DNA of 63,339 bases, counting the filler. It is 4 parts of 4 records of this genome, joined end to end, with 100 filler letters (N's around TTAATTAATTAA, not from the genome) between each part and the next. Parts side by side here need not be neighbours in the genome. Positions count along the whole stretch, not along the records: positions 19,600 to 28,907 come from SRR20825006_91; positions 29,008 to 52,508 come from SRR20825006_92; 2 more parts are not named here. One strand, written 5' to 3'. Under the pieces are notes generated by a model that was given only the letters and a program-made list of their open reading frames with translations, did not search any database and was not told where the DNA came from. The translations under genes were made by a program, and so were the position numbers. Of this stretch, positions 21,399-33,000 are shown one piece after another (positions within the stretch are counted from its first letter, which is position 1; every line of letters begins with the position of its first letter).

Positions 21399-23612
21399 TT
21401 ACCCTTTTACATCAACTACTTTATGTTTTTTTATGTTGTTTATTTTTAAATCTTCTAAAACATTTACAGCCTCTTCGATATAAACGTCTTTAGATAGATT
21501 TTTATGCCAACGGTCTCTTTTCTCTCTTAACGTACTATCTTTAGTCATTAAATCCTCTTCATAGGGCAACGATTTAAAAGAAAGATCGGTTTGATAATCT
21601 GCAATTTTTCTAAAGCGTTTTAAAACCTCTTCATCTTTTTCTATTTCAGCTTTATACTTATCAATATTCAACGGATATTCTTTTTCTTCTTGCTTTTCTT
21701 TAACCCATTGCGCATTCTCATCAATCAATTTCAACTGGTCGTTCTTAGCCATTCTAGCTTTACTTCTATCAATTGTTTCTTCATAATCAATATAACCAGC
21801 CCAATCTTCATAATTCAAAGATTCTATTTTATCCCAAGGAAGTGGATTCTCTTGGTCTTTCTCTCCAATATCTCTGTAACTATACCTGTCTGGAACCACC
21901 ACATCACTCTTAACTCCTTCTAATTGTGTGGAACCACCATTAATTCGGTAGAATTTCTGAGTAGTAACTTTTAAAGCTCCTACATCTCCATATTCATTAT
22001 CCCCTCTTAAAAACCTGTTTAAGTCAATTACATTTTGAACAGTTCCTTTTCCATATGTTTGTTTACTTCCAAGAATAATTGCTCTTTTATAATCTTGCAT
22101 TGCCGCTGCTAAAATTTCAGAAGCAGAAGCCGATAGTTCGTTTACCAATATTACAAGTGGTCCATCCCACTGCACCCTATCATCTGTGTCGGAAAGTACT
22201 TCTTTTTCTTTTCCTGTCGATTTTACTTGAACAATTGGCCCTTCTTTTATAAAAAGTCCAGCCATATCAACCACAGTTTTTAAAGAACCTCCTCCATTAT
22301 CTCTAAGGTCTAAAATTAATCCTTCTGCTCCAGCCTTTTTCATTTCCTCAATTTCTTTTGCAACATCGGAAGCAGCATTTCTATTTTTATAATCATCAAA
22401 ATCTATATAGAATTTTGGAAGATTAATTACACCAAAAGTACGTTCTCCTTTTTTTACTACGGAAGACTTTGCATAAGATTCTTCAAGTTCTACAACATCT
22501 CTCTCAATAGCTACTTCTTCTACTGTACCATCTAAACGCTTAATTGTAAGTAAAACTTTAGATCCCTTAGGTCCTTTTATCAATTTAACCGCATCTTCTA
22601 AACGCATACCTACAATACTTACAGGAGTTTCGTTTTCCTGACCTACTTTCATGATAATATCTCCAACTTCTAATAAATTACCTCTCCAAGCAGGACCTCC
22701 AGATATTATTTCTATAATTTTAATATGATCATTCTTTTTCTGTAATCTAGCTCCAATTCCTTCAAATTTACCAGACATACTTACATCAAAACGCTCTTTA
22801 TCATCGGGAGCAAAATAAAATGTATGTGGATCAAATTCTTCCACAATAGCATTTAAATAAGCTGCAAACCAATCCTTACGCTGTAAATCTTCCATAAATT
22901 CGAAATACTCTCCTAAAGTTTTCATGGTAGCTTCACGCGTTTCTTTCTCTAACGCAACAGGATCTTTTGATGATGCTCCTTCAACATTTTCGTCTATTGC
23001 TTTTTTAGGATTCCCTTTTTCATCTACCAACTTTCCTTGAACACCATCCTCAGTCATTTCATTTTCAACAGTAATACTATCAGAAGATTCTTCCATAGCA
23101 CTTACATAACGCTCAATAGTAGAGAACTTTAATTGCTTTCTCCAACGCTGCCATAACTCTTCTTTGTTCTTAGCAAATGGTATGTTTTCATAATCCACAT
23201 CAATTACTTCGTCTTCGTTATAATCATATGGCTCCTCTAATACGTCTTTATACATTACAGAAGCTTCGTCCATACGCTGCATAAGTCTGTCGTAGGTAAG
23301 ATTGAAAAAAGACAAGTCAGAAGTTTTTATTTGATCGTCAATTGCAGATCTATATTCATTAAACTCATCTATATCACTTTGTAAAAAATAACGCTTTAAT
23401 GGATCTAAAGACTCTATATAATTATCATACACATGTTCAGAAAAATCATCATCCACATCTTTTGGATTAAAATGAGCATTTTCCAATACATAGGATATTA
23501 AATCAAGCAGTAGCTTGTCTTTATCTGGATTATCAAATGTTTTATTTGTAAAACTACACGATGCAGCAGACACTAATAATGCCGCCAACAAATACACAAA
23601 TTTCCTTTTCAT
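21399..23612 (-). CDS. prc: Carboxy-terminal processing protease (S41A, Prc/Tsp), probable lipoprotein
   Basis: FDPHT, GIGA PDZ, LDLRDNGGGSL, SASASEI, GKGTVQ; AASC lipobox-like signal. Confidence 0.92.
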   Translation of the reverse strand: MKRKFVYLLAALLVSAASCSFTNKTFDNPDKDKLLLDLISYVLENAHFNPKDVDDDFSEHVYDNYIESLDPLKRYFLQSDIDEFNEYRSAIDDQIKTSDLSFFNLTYDRLMQRMDEASVMYKDVLEEPYDYNEDEVIDVDYENIPFAKNKEELWQRWRKQLKFSTIERYVSAMEESSDSITVENEMTEDGVQGKLVDEKGNPKKAIDENVEGASSKDPVALEKETREATMKTLGEYFEFMEDLQRKDWFAAYLNAIVEEFDPHTFYFAPDDKERFDVSMSGKFEGIGARLQKKNDHIKIIEIISGGPAWRGNLLEVGDIIMKVGQENETPVSIVGMRLEDAVKLIKGPKGSKVLLTIKRLDGTVEEVAIERDVVELEESYAKSSVVKKGERTFGVINLPKFYIDFDDYKNRNAASDVAKEIEEMKKAGAEGLILDLRDNGGGSLKTVVDMAGLFIKEGPIVQVKSTGKEKEVLSDTDDRVQWDGPLVILVNELSASASEILAAAMQDYKRAIILGSKQTYGKGTVQNVIDLNRFLRGDNEYGDVGALKVTTQKFYRINGGSTQLEGVKSDVVVPDRYSYRDIGEKDQENPLPWDKIESLNYEDWAGYIDYEETIDRSKARMAKNDQLKLIDENAQWVKEKQEEKEYPLNIDKYKAEIEKDEEVLKRFRKIADYQTDLSFKSLPYEEDLMTKDSTLREKRDRWHKNLSKDVYIEEAVNVLEDLKINNIKKHKVVDVKG

Positions 23613-24005
23613 TTACATTTTTTTTATAGAGACTTCATCAAAATTCCGTTCATCTCTGCATTCTTTAACGCTAAATATCTTACTATTCTTATAAGGTTTG
23701 TAATATAATAAAAAACCCATTATGTAAAATATTTAATGTTCCAATCTCTTAATTTATATCGTTCTCTTCAATAAAGATCAACTAAATTAAGGAAAAAATC
23801 GTGCCACAACATACCAAACCCACTAATATTTTGTTAAACCCTCAATATTCCTTATTTCTTTAACAGACAGTGTTAAAATTGAAAAAATACACAACACCAT
23901 CCCCACTATTTTATCTACTCAAAAAACTTATGTTACTTATAACTTTTCAATAACTCCTACAAAGTTTTAAATTGATTATTTTAGCATTGTAAATGAAATT
24001 TTAAA

Positions 24006-24785
24006 ATGAAAAAAAGACCCTTAATACTTGTTACCAACGACGACGGAATTACAGCACCTGGAATTAGAGCTTTAATAGACGTTATGAATGAAATTGGCGA
24101 TGTTATTGTTGTAGCTCCAGACAGTCCTCAAAGTGGCATGGGACACGCCATTACAGTTAATTCAACGCTGTATTGTAGTCCGATAACAATTAACCATGAT
24201 GATGTTCAACTAGAATATAGTTGTAGTGGAACTCCTGCAGACTGTGTAAAACTAGCTGTTAATGAGATTCTGAATAAAAAACCCGACATCTGTGTTAGTG
24301 GTATTAACCACGGTTCAAATTCTTCTATTAATGTTATTTATTCTGGAACAATGAGTGCTGCTGTGGAAGCCGGAGTAGAAGGAATTCCTGCTATTGGCTT
24401 TTCTCTGTGCGATTATTCTTGGGAAGCAAATTTTGATGCAGTCAAAAAACATGTAAAAACAATTACAGAAAGTGCTCTTAAAAATGGGATGCCAAAAGGT
24501 GTTGTTTTGAATGTAAACTTCCCAAAACTTCAGGAAAAAGATATTAAAGGTATTAAGGTTTGCCGACAAGCAAATGCACGTTGGGTGGAAGAGTTTGACA
24601 AACGTACCAACCCTATGGGAAGAGAATATTATTGGCTTACCGGAAAATTTGTGAATCAAGATAAGGGCGAAGATACCGACGAATGGGCATTGGCAAACGG
24701 TTATGTTTCTTTAGTGCCAGTACAGTTTGATTTAACAGCACACCATGCTATTCAAGATTTAAATACTTGGAGCTTAAATGACTAG
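24006..24785 (+). CDS. surE: 5'/3'-nucleotidase SurE
   Basis: ILVTNDDGI, VVAP, GTPADCV, SGINHG, YSGT. Confidence 0.96.
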   Translation: MKKRPLILVTNDDGITAPGIRALIDVMNEIGDVIVVAPDSPQSGMGHAITVNSTLYCSPITINHDDVQLEYSCSGTPADCVKLAVNEILNKKPDICVSGINHGSNSSINVIYSGTMSAAVEAGVEGIPAIGFSLCDYSWEANFDAVKKHVKTITESALKNGMPKGVVLNVNFPKLQEKDIKGIKVCRQANARWVEEFDKRTNPMGREYYWLTGKFVNQDKGEDTDEWALANGYVSLVPVQFDLTAHHAIQDLNTWSLND

Positions 24786-25059
24786 AAAAGAAATATTTAT
24801 TGGATTTACAGTTGGAATTATTGCCAATCTTATAGGTACCTTATTATATCTAATTATTTTTTCCGAATTGAGTATTCAAGAGAGTATTATTGTTGCTCGA
24901 GAGCAAGGCCACTTAGGAAGTTTATTGGCATTAGGAGCATTACTAAATCTCGCTGCTTTCTTCGGATTTATAAAAATTAAAAGAGATCAACGTGCAAAAG
25001 GGGTACTTATAGCTACTTTTTTAACGGCTTTTATTATATTGTTACTGAAAATATTTTAA
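24778..25059 (+). CDS. Small membrane protein (3 TM)
   Basis: Hydrophobic ORF overlapping the end of surE. Confidence 0.7.
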   Translation: MTRKEIFIGFTVGIIANLIGTLLYLIIFSELSIQESIIVAREQGHLGSLLALGALLNLAAFFGFIKIKRDQRAKGVLIATFLTAFIILLLKIF

Positions 25060-25166
25060 AACCTCTTCGAGATGTACTCGTAAGGTTTTAAGCTGAATAA
25101 ATTACGAATGTTCTGTATAATTTAGGAGCATTTTAAACCTCATATCGTGAGAAAAACTTATAATTA

Positions 25167-26279
25167 GTGAAGTATTATATTATTGCAGGCGAAGCATCTG
25201 GAGATTTACATGCTTCCAACCTCGTTAAGGAACTCGCAAAAGTAGATGCCAATAGTTCTTTTAGAGGTTGGGGTGGCGATTTAATGCAACAAGCTGGCGT
25301 TGACCTGGTTAAACACTATAAAGAGCAATCTTTTATGGGCTTTTTTGAAGTGATTATGAACCTTCCCAAAATATTTTCAAACATAAAATTCTGCAAGCAA
25401 GATATTGAAAACTTTAATCCTGATGTGCTGATTTTTATTGATTATTCAGGCTTTAATTTAAGAATTGCTAAATGGGCAAAACACCTTAATTATAAAACTT
25501 TCTATTATGTTTCTCCTCAAATATGGGCTTCGCGCGAAAGTAGAATTGAAGCCATAAAACGAGATATCGACGAGATGTTTGTTATTCTTCCCTTTGAAAA
25601 GGAATTTTATGAAGAAAAACATAAGTATCCTGTAAATTTTGTAGGGCATCCTTTACTAGATGCCATTGGATCTAGAAAGCAAATCCTCCCAGACGATTTT
25701 AGAAAACAGCATCAATTAGACCATAGAGAAATTATAGCACTACTTCCAGGAAGTAGAAAGCAAGAAATAACAAATATGCTTTCTATAATGCTTAGTATTG
25801 TTGACGATTTTAAAGAATATCAATTTGTAATTGCCGGCGCTCCTAGTCAGGAGTACACTTTTTACGAACAATTTATTGGCAAAGCCAACGTTCATTTTGT
25901 ATCAGGAAAAACCTACGATTTACTAAGCGTTTCCAAAGCTGCTTTGGTTACTAGCGGAACTGCAACTTTAGAAACTGCCCTGTTTAAAGTACCAGAAGTA
26001 GTTTGCTATAAAGGAAATTGGATTAGCTATCAAATTGCAAAACGTATTATTACTTTGGAATATATTTCGTTGGTTAATTTAATTATGAATAGAGAAGTAG
26101 TTAAAGAACTTATTCAAAATGAGCTAACTACTAAAAACCTGAAGTCCGAATTAAAGAAGATTCTTACTCCTGAAGTACGAGAAAAGATGTTTTTAGATTA
26201 TTTCGAATTAGAAAAAAAACTAGGAGGTAAAGGCGCTAGCAAAAAAACTGCTGAACTTATTTATAATAAAATTTCCTAA
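25167..26279 (+). CDS. lpxB: Lipid-A-disaccharide synthase
   Basis: AGEASGD, YYVSPQIWA, FVGHPL, LLPGSR, SGTATLE; GTG start. Confidence 0.96.
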   Translation: MKYYIIAGEASGDLHASNLVKELAKVDANSSFRGWGGDLMQQAGVDLVKHYKEQSFMGFFEVIMNLPKIFSNIKFCKQDIENFNPDVLIFIDYSGFNLRIAKWAKHLNYKTFYYVSPQIWASRESRIEAIKRDIDEMFVILPFEKEFYEEKHKYPVNFVGHPLLDAIGSRKQILPDDFRKQHQLDHREIIALLPGSRKQEITNMLSIMLSIVDDFKEYQFVIAGAPSQEYTFYEQFIGKANVHFVSGKTYDLLSVSKAALVTSGTATLETALFKVPEVVCYKGNWISYQIAKRIITLEYISLVNLIMNREVVKELIQNELTTKNLKSELKKILTPEVREKMFLDYFELEKKLGGKGASKKTAELIYNKIS

Positions 26280-26304
26280 TTTGCACGAAACCCCAATAGT
26301 TTCT

Positions 26305-26820
26305 ATGAAAAAAACAATAACGATTCTTTTAATAACCATCAGTATTTTATCTTGTAAATCTACCAAGAAAACAGTTTCTGTTAAAGGCGATACAGCTTCC
26401 AAAAAAGAAGCTTCATATAAAGAAAAAAAAGGAAGTAAAGAAGCTAATAATATTATAAAAACTGCCTTATCATACAACGGAACACCCTATAAATATGGCG
26501 GAACTACTAAAAGAGGTATGGATTGTTCTGGTCTAATTTATATTTCCTTCAAAGAAAATGATATTGCACTTCAACGTGCTTCTTACATGATGGCAACCCA
26601 AGGAAAGAAAATTAAATTAAAAAATGTAGAAAAGGGAGATTTATTGTTTTTTACGACCAATAAAAGTAGTCGAAAAATAAATCATGTCGGACTTGTAGTG
26701 GATGTTAGAGGAAATGACATCCGCTTTATTCATTCAACAACTTCCAGAGGTGTGCTCGTTTCTTCTTTAAGTGAGGGGTATTGGAATTATGCTTTTAATC
26801 ACGCTAGAAAAATTTTATAG
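26305..26820 (+). CDS. NlpC/P60 (C40) peptidase lipoprotein
   Basis: ILSC lipobox from ATG 26305; PYKYGG, DCSG, GDLLFF, HVG. Confidence 0.9.
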   Translation: MKKTITILLITISILSCKSTKKTVSVKGDTASKKEASYKEKKGSKEANNIIKTALSYNGTPYKYGGTTKRGMDCSGLIYISFKENDIALQRASYMMATQGKKIKLKNVEKGDLLFFTTNKSSRKINHVGLVVDVRGNDIRFIHSTTSRGVLVSSLSEGYWNYAFNHARKIL

Positions 26821-26852
26821 TTTATTTTTTATATATTTAGTATTTAATCTAT

Positions 26853-28856
26853 GTGAAAATACTAAATTATCCTATTTTCAAACTCTTGATTTTCCTGTTC
26901 TTCGGAATTTGTGGCGGTCATTACTATGACATAAACTTAAACGTTCTAACCTACTTTTTAGTAGGCTGTATAGTACTTCTAGTCGGCTTAGTCCGTAAGA
27001 AAAAACATGCTTCTCTTTTTATTTTTGGATTTATAACTTACCTGTCTCTCTTTTTTATTGGGATGCTTATTACAACTATACATACTGATAAAAACCCAAA
27101 TCATTACAGTCATTTTTATAATAAAGGAGACGAAATAACTTTTAGAATAATCAAGGAACTTAAAACTAGTGCATATTATTACAAATACGAAGCTAAAGTA
27201 ATAGCGATTAAGGAAAAAGAAGTAGTTGGCACTATTATATTCAACTTAAAAAAAGATAGTATTCCTGTTAAACTACCCAATGTTGATGCTGAATACACTA
27301 CTAAAATTGCTCTAAAAGGAATCTTTCCCCCTCTTAATCCACATCAATTTAATTATAAAAAGTATTTATCAGAACATGGAATTTATCATCAACTACAAGC
27401 AGATGAAAAGGGTGTTAAAATAGTCTCTAATAAAGTAAAAACTATTTATGGGTACGCGGCTTTATTCCGAAAGAAGGTCAATAAAATCCTTACAAAATAC
27501 CCATACAAAGAAGAAATAGCAGTAGTAAATGCATTATTACTAGGACAACGACAGGATGTATCCAATGAAATATATGAAGCCTACATTTCAGCTGGCGCAG
27601 TTCATTTATTAGCAATTTCAGGGCTACATATTGGAATTCTATTTTTATTACTTGATTTTATCCTAAAACCCTTAGAAAAAATAAAAAATGGAGAAATTAC
27701 AAAGCTCATTTTAATAATTACAATACTCTGGATGTTCGCCATAATTGCTGGTGTGAGCGCTTCTGTAGTAAGAGCTGTTACTATGTTTTCATTTATTGCC
27801 TATGCCAGAAAACTCAATCGCCCCAAAAACATTTATCATGCACTTATTACCTCCATGTTTTTTCTGCTAATAGTAAACCCTAAATATATTTTTGATGTAG
27901 GATTCCAATTAAGTTATACGGCTGTTTTTGGAATTGTTTGGATCCAACCAACCTTGATATCCTTTTGGAATCCTAAAAACAAAATACTGATTTACTTATG
28001 GAATTTATTAACCGTTAGTGTAGCGGCTCAATTAAGTGTTTTACCAATTACTTTGTATTATTTTCATCAATTTCCAAGCCTGTTTTTTGTCTCAAACCTA
28101 GTTATTATTCCATGTATTGGTTTCCTTCTAACATTAGGATTTTTACTTATTATTTTAGCTTTTATAAATGCTTTACCAGATTTTTTTGCTGAAGGCTATT
28201 TTATACTAATCCGAATAATGAATGCATTTGTTGAATGGATTGGAAGTAAGGAAGAATTTATTTTTACAGAGATTCATTTTACAAGCCTAAACTTCTTCAC
28301 GGTTTCAGGATTAATTATAGCTCTTGTATTACTAATGAAAAATAACAATAAACATAATTTTATACTTTTCTCTGGAAGCTTATTACTATGCTTTGGCAGC
28401 ATTTTTTATCAGTATAAAAAAACAGAAAATCAACAGCGATTTATCATTTTTCATAAAAGTAGAAATACATTCATGGCGCTTCAGAAAGGAAATCAATTAC
28501 AAGCAAACACTCCCTTATTAAAGGAAAACTACTTATTTAAAACTTATAAAATTGGAGAAAACATACATACAATTGAATATTTAAAATTCCCATCTAGCTT
28601 TAGCTTTCAGCAACAAAAAATAATAATTATAGATAGTTCTGCTACATATAATAAAGAAGAAACCGCAGCTATATTATTGTTAACTGGCTCCCCAAAGGTT
28701 AACCTAAATAGAGTTGTATCAGAAATAAAACCTAGAGTGGTAATTGCGGATGGAAACAACTATAGATCGTTTGTATCTCTTTGGAAGGCCAGTTGTAAAA
28801 AACAAAAAATCCCTTTTCACTATACTGGTGAAAAGGGAGCTTTTATATTGGATTAA
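26853..28856 (+). CDS. comEC: ComEC/Rec2 family competence protein
   Basis: NPHQFNY, HLLAISGLH, SVVRA, GFQLSY motifs; multiple TM helices. Confidence 0.9.
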   Translation: MKILNYPIFKLLIFLFFGICGGHYYDINLNVLTYFLVGCIVLLVGLVRKKKHASLFIFGFITYLSLFFIGMLITTIHTDKNPNHYSHFYNKGDEITFRIIKELKTSAYYYKYEAKVIAIKEKEVVGTIIFNLKKDSIPVKLPNVDAEYTTKIALKGIFPPLNPHQFNYKKYLSEHGIYHQLQADEKGVKIVSNKVKTIYGYAALFRKKVNKILTKYPYKEEIAVVNALLLGQRQDVSNEIYEAYISAGAVHLLAISGLHIGILFLLLDFILKPLEKIKNGEITKLILIITILWMFAIIAGVSASVVRAVTMFSFIAYARKLNRPKNIYHALITSMFFLLIVNPKYIFDVGFQLSYTAVFGIVWIQPTLISFWNPKNKILIYLWNLLTVSVAAQLSVLPITLYYFHQFPSLFFVSNLVIIPCIGFLLTLGFLLIILAFINALPDFFAEGYFILIRIMNAFVEWIGSKEEFIFTEIHFTSLNFFTVSGLIIALVLLMKNNNKHNFILFSGSLLLCFGSIFYQYKKTENQQRFIIFHKSRNTFMALQKGNQLQANTPLLKENYLFKTYKIGENIHTIEYLKFPSSFSFQQQKIIIIDSSATYNKEETAAILLLTGSPKVNLNRVVSEIKPRVVIADGNNYRSFVSLWKASCKKQKIPFHYTGEKGAFILD

Positions 28857-28861
28857 TATTG

Positions 28862-28907
28862 TAATCAACTATCTCGGGGCAAGCCTACGAGGTATTCAAA
28901 GGAAACA
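28862..28907 (-). repeat. Dispersed palindromic repeat copy, reverse orientation, cut by gap
   Basis: Reverse complement TTTCCTTTGAATACCTCGTAGGCTTGCCCCGAGATAGTTGATT matches the other copies. Confidence 0.85.
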
Positions 28908-29007
28908 NNNNNNNNNNNNNNNNNNNNNNNNNNNNNNNNNNNNNNNNNNNNTTAATTAATTAANNNNNNNNNNNNNNNNNNNNNNNNNNNNNNNNNNNNN
29001 NNNNNNN
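28908..29007. other. Artificial contig linker
   Basis: 44 N + TTAATTAATTAA + 44 N. Confidence 0.97.
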
Positions 29008-29080
29008 CTCGTAGGCTTGCCTTGAGGTAGTTGATTTATTTTCCTTTGAATAGCTCATGGGCTTGGCCCGAGGGAGTCTA
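29008..29080 (+). repeat. Two tandem copies (46-bp period) of the dispersed palindromic repeat
   Basis: CTCGTAGGCTTGCCTTGAGGTAG at 29008 and CTCATGGGCTTGGCCCGAGGGAG at 29054. Confidence 0.8.
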
Positions 29081-29163
29081 TTTCTATCAAAAATAGCGTA
29101 TCAAATATCGAATATACTTTTAATTGCTAAATCGGTTTAGTATCTTGCGCAAAAATTGAAGAG

Positions 29164-30084
29164 ATGCCAATAACTATTGGAGTAGATGTAGGAGGTAGCC
29201 ATATTAGTTGTGCCGCCATTGCAAAAGATGGTCATAGAATAATTTCGAACACCTATTTTCATGATGAAGTAGATTCAAAAGGAAGTAAAACGGAGATCTT
29301 AAAGAGATGGGCAACTACCATAAATAAGTCGATTGAAAGTATAGCTCCCGAATTAATTGAGGGAATAGGCTTTGCAATGCCAGGCCCTTTTTTATATAAA
29401 GAGGGAATTGCAATGTTTGAAGTGAACGATAAGTACGAAGCATTGTATAATGTTTCTATTGTTGAAGAACTGCCTAAATATCTTATCGATAAAAAAATAA
29501 AACTCCGTTTTTTAAATGATGCTTCTGCGTTTGGACTTGGAAGTATTTTACATAAAGGAGAAATGGAAAATGATAAAGTAGTAGCCATTACTTTAGGAAC
29601 AGGTTTTGGGGCTGCTTTTTTTGACAAACAAACCCCATTAATTAGTGGAGAATCTATTCCAGAAAATGGGTGCTTATGGGATAAGAAATTTAAAGAAGGA
29701 ATCTCGGATGATTATTTTTCTACGCGCTGGTTTCTTAATAAATACAAAAAGAACTTTAACGATGTTGATGTACATGGGGTTAAATGTATTTTGGATACCG
29801 ACAGGGCAGCTGCTATAGAAATATTTAAGGAGTTTAATAAGAATATGGTAGCTTTTATGACTCCCTATCTATTAAAATTTAAACCAGATGTATTAATTAT
29901 TGGTGGAAGTATAGCAAAATCTTCAGCGTTGTTTTTACCTTCTTTAGAGGAAGAGTTTAATAAAATACTCCCGTTGTCTATAAAAATAATTGACAATACA
30001 GAAGAAGCAAATATAATTGGAGCCTCTCATACGTTCAATAATGAGTTTTGGAACGAGATGAAAAATAGTTTGCCTACAATTTAA
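29164..30084 (+). CDS. ROK family sugar kinase
   Basis: IGVDVGGSHI, GIGFAMPGP, NDA, ITLGTGFG, IIGGSIA. Confidence 0.88.
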   Translation: MPITIGVDVGGSHISCAAIAKDGHRIISNTYFHDEVDSKGSKTEILKRWATTINKSIESIAPELIEGIGFAMPGPFLYKEGIAMFEVNDKYEALYNVSIVEELPKYLIDKKIKLRFLNDASAFGLGSILHKGEMENDKVVAITLGTGFGAAFFDKQTPLISGESIPENGCLWDKKFKEGISDDYFSTRWFLNKYKKNFNDVDVHGVKCILDTDRAAAIEIFKEFNKNMVAFMTPYLLKFKPDVLIIGGSIAKSSALFLPSLEEEFNKILPLSIKIIDNTEEANIIGASHTFNNEFWNEMKNSLPTI

Positions 30085-33000
30085 TTTCTAACCAAGCTAA
30101 AATGCCCCTTTGCAATGATTAAATCTTCATTGTTTGCAATAGCTGCCCTAAACCAATAATCGGTTTCTGGCATGTCTCTACCATTAAATTTTCCATCCCA
30201 ACCAGGGTCATTAGCATTTAGTACTTTTAAAAGTTTACCATAACGGTCATAAATAGAAACTGTTGCATTGGAACGTATATCGGCGTCTGTAAGATGCCAA
30301 GTTTCATGGGTTCCATCTCCATTTGGGGTAAAGAATTTTGGAAATCCTAAAACTAAAATTTGTTGTTGTGCAATTCCTACACAATCATATAAATCTGCTA
30401 CAGTTACAGTATGATAACCTATGGGAATATCCTCAAATACATTACTGTTTTGAGGTGCGCTATCATCTAAAGAAAATATATAGTTATCACTTCCACTTGC
30501 ATTTACAACAATACTATTTTCATCAGTAAAAATAATTTCTTCAATAGTTAAAACACTTGCTGTTCGGGAGGTTGATATTTTGAAGTTTTTGGTGTTACTA
30601 CACCCCAAAGAGGAGGTTACAGTAACCCAATAATCTCCATCATTATTTAGTACAATTTCTGGAGTAGTAGCTCCAGTAGACCATAAATAAGTTTCTCCGG
30701 TAGTGCCAGTGGCTGCACTTATTGTTGTTTGGGAGTTGGCAGCACATTTTACGGTAACATCTTGAATAGGAATAGTAGGAAATGGGTTGATGTTTATCTC
30801 AAATGAGGTAGTTATAAAGCAACCTGTTTTTTGGCTTTTTAATCTCACAAAAATCACATCTCCATTTATTGCTTCAAAATTTAAAATTTCTTCGGAAGCT
30901 AAGGAGTTTGTATTTGACACAGCATCCTCATGGTTTGTAAAATAACCTATTTGTTGTGCTTCTGGAATTGGGGAAACTTGAATAAAATCCGACTGTATAC
31001 TCAGGTCAAAATTTGCAGTTAAACTTTCTGAGCATTTACGGAGTGTAGGAGGGATGTTATATTTTGGTAAGTCGGATACTTCAATGTAAATGTCTGTAAT
31101 AATAAAGCACCCAGAGGTGGTATTAGTAACTCGAGCATATAAAGTATTTATAGAATTTATTGGCTCATAAATAGTATTTAGCTCATTAGTATTGTTTTCA
31201 GCTTCCGTTAGGTTAGGAAAATATGAAATGGATACTTTGGAAGGGTTTTGTGCAATTTGAATGTCTAAATCAGAGAGTAAAACAGTATTCATATTATCAG
31301 CGCATAGGCTTAAGGTATTGAAGGTTTTTAAAAGAGGTGGTCCCTCAACATGTAAATCTAACGGAACAATTAAATAGCAATTAGAAACAGTATTGGTAGC
31401 TCTTACATATATTAATTGGGGGTTGGTGGTATTTACAAAAGTTTCAGGATTTGAAATAGGATTGGTATTAGCTTCTGCATTTACTTCCGTATAAAAAAAA
31501 TCAAGAACCACATCGTCTTGCCGTATTCCAAGGATATCAATGTTTTCATCTGTCAAATCGAAAGTAGTTATTTCATCATAATCATCATCACAGGCAATAA
31601 TAGGAGCAGGATCGTTAACCAAACCTACAATTACAACATTTAATTCAAATTCTACCACTTGAAAACACCCATTATTGGACTCGATTCTAGTAAAAATAGT
31701 TTGTGGATTTTCGATATTTTCATAAGAATAAGGGAGGGAATTGGTGTTGTTGATAGCATTTATTTCAGAATAATAAAAACTAACACCTGCTATATCTGGA
31801 AATCCATTTCGGATTTCGTTTTCTACAGGTTGTAAGTCAAAGATCTCTTGTCCATTATTACTTATATCATCACAAGTATATAGGTCGGTAGGAGGGTTGT
31901 ATTCTGGCCCATCCACCACAACCAAATCGAAAGAAACAGTTTCATAACAATTCTGATCCGCAGTATTTTCTATTCGAGCATATATTGTTTGCGGATTTTC
32001 AGTATTTGTAAATGGAAGGTTTTTATTAGCTGCCGAAGTTCTATTTTCTGCATTTTGTAATGAGGTGTAATAGGTAATTTGTTTTTGAGTCTGTCTATTT
32101 AGAATCTCATCGTCTTTGGAGTTAAATATAAATATCCCAACATCATCGTTATTAGTGTCGCAATATTCATAATCTGAGATAGGTTTTTTTTGAGGTTTGG
32201 AAGAAATAATAATGTCAAAGGAAACTATAGAGTTACATGTATTAACAGGATTTTCTATAAGCGCAAAAATTTTGGTAGAATTACTACTAAAATTATTCAG
32301 ATTTATAATTTCATTACTACTATTATTTGCATCTTCTTCTGAAGGAAAAAACCGAACTGTACTTGTAGAAGAACTCCCAACTATTTCTGTTCTCTTTTCA
32401 GATAGATCAATTGTGGCAATTCCGTCATCATCATTATCGCAAACAAAAATATCTGTAGGTTGGTTAGCAATAGGAATGGGGAGGACTTCAATTTCAAAGT
32501 TATCTAATCCAAAGCATTGAGTTACAGTATTTGTTACCCTAACCACTATTTTTTGTGGATTTGATGTGTTTTCAAATAAAAGAGAATTTGGAATAAGATT
32601 AGTATTGCTTTCAGCATCCTCCTCAGATAAAAAATAGGATACAGAAAGTCTCGGATTTCCCTGTTTATAATGGTTACTATATTGCGTTAGGTTTATTGTG
32701 GTAAATCCATCTTGGCTATCATCACATATTTGTTGATTTCCTATGGGGTTTATTAGAATGGGAGGTGTTACTCCAATTTCTATCTCATCATCTTCAGAAC
32801 AATTAGAATCGCTAATAGTAATATATAATGATTGCGGATTTTGGGTATTTGTAAAAGGGAGGTTTTTATCAATAGGGTTAAGTTGATTATCTCTGTCGGT
32901 TTCCGTTAAATAAAAAGTAACATTTACATTAGGAACAATACTGGCAATGGTAGTTTCAATTTCTAAAAGATCAAAAATCTCAACTCCGTCATTAAGTTCA

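Noticed and set aside
25056..25091. Hairpin TTAAAACCT...AGGTTTTAA before lpxB
   Set aside because: Imperfect and single in the window; cannot distinguish weak terminator from repeat remnant
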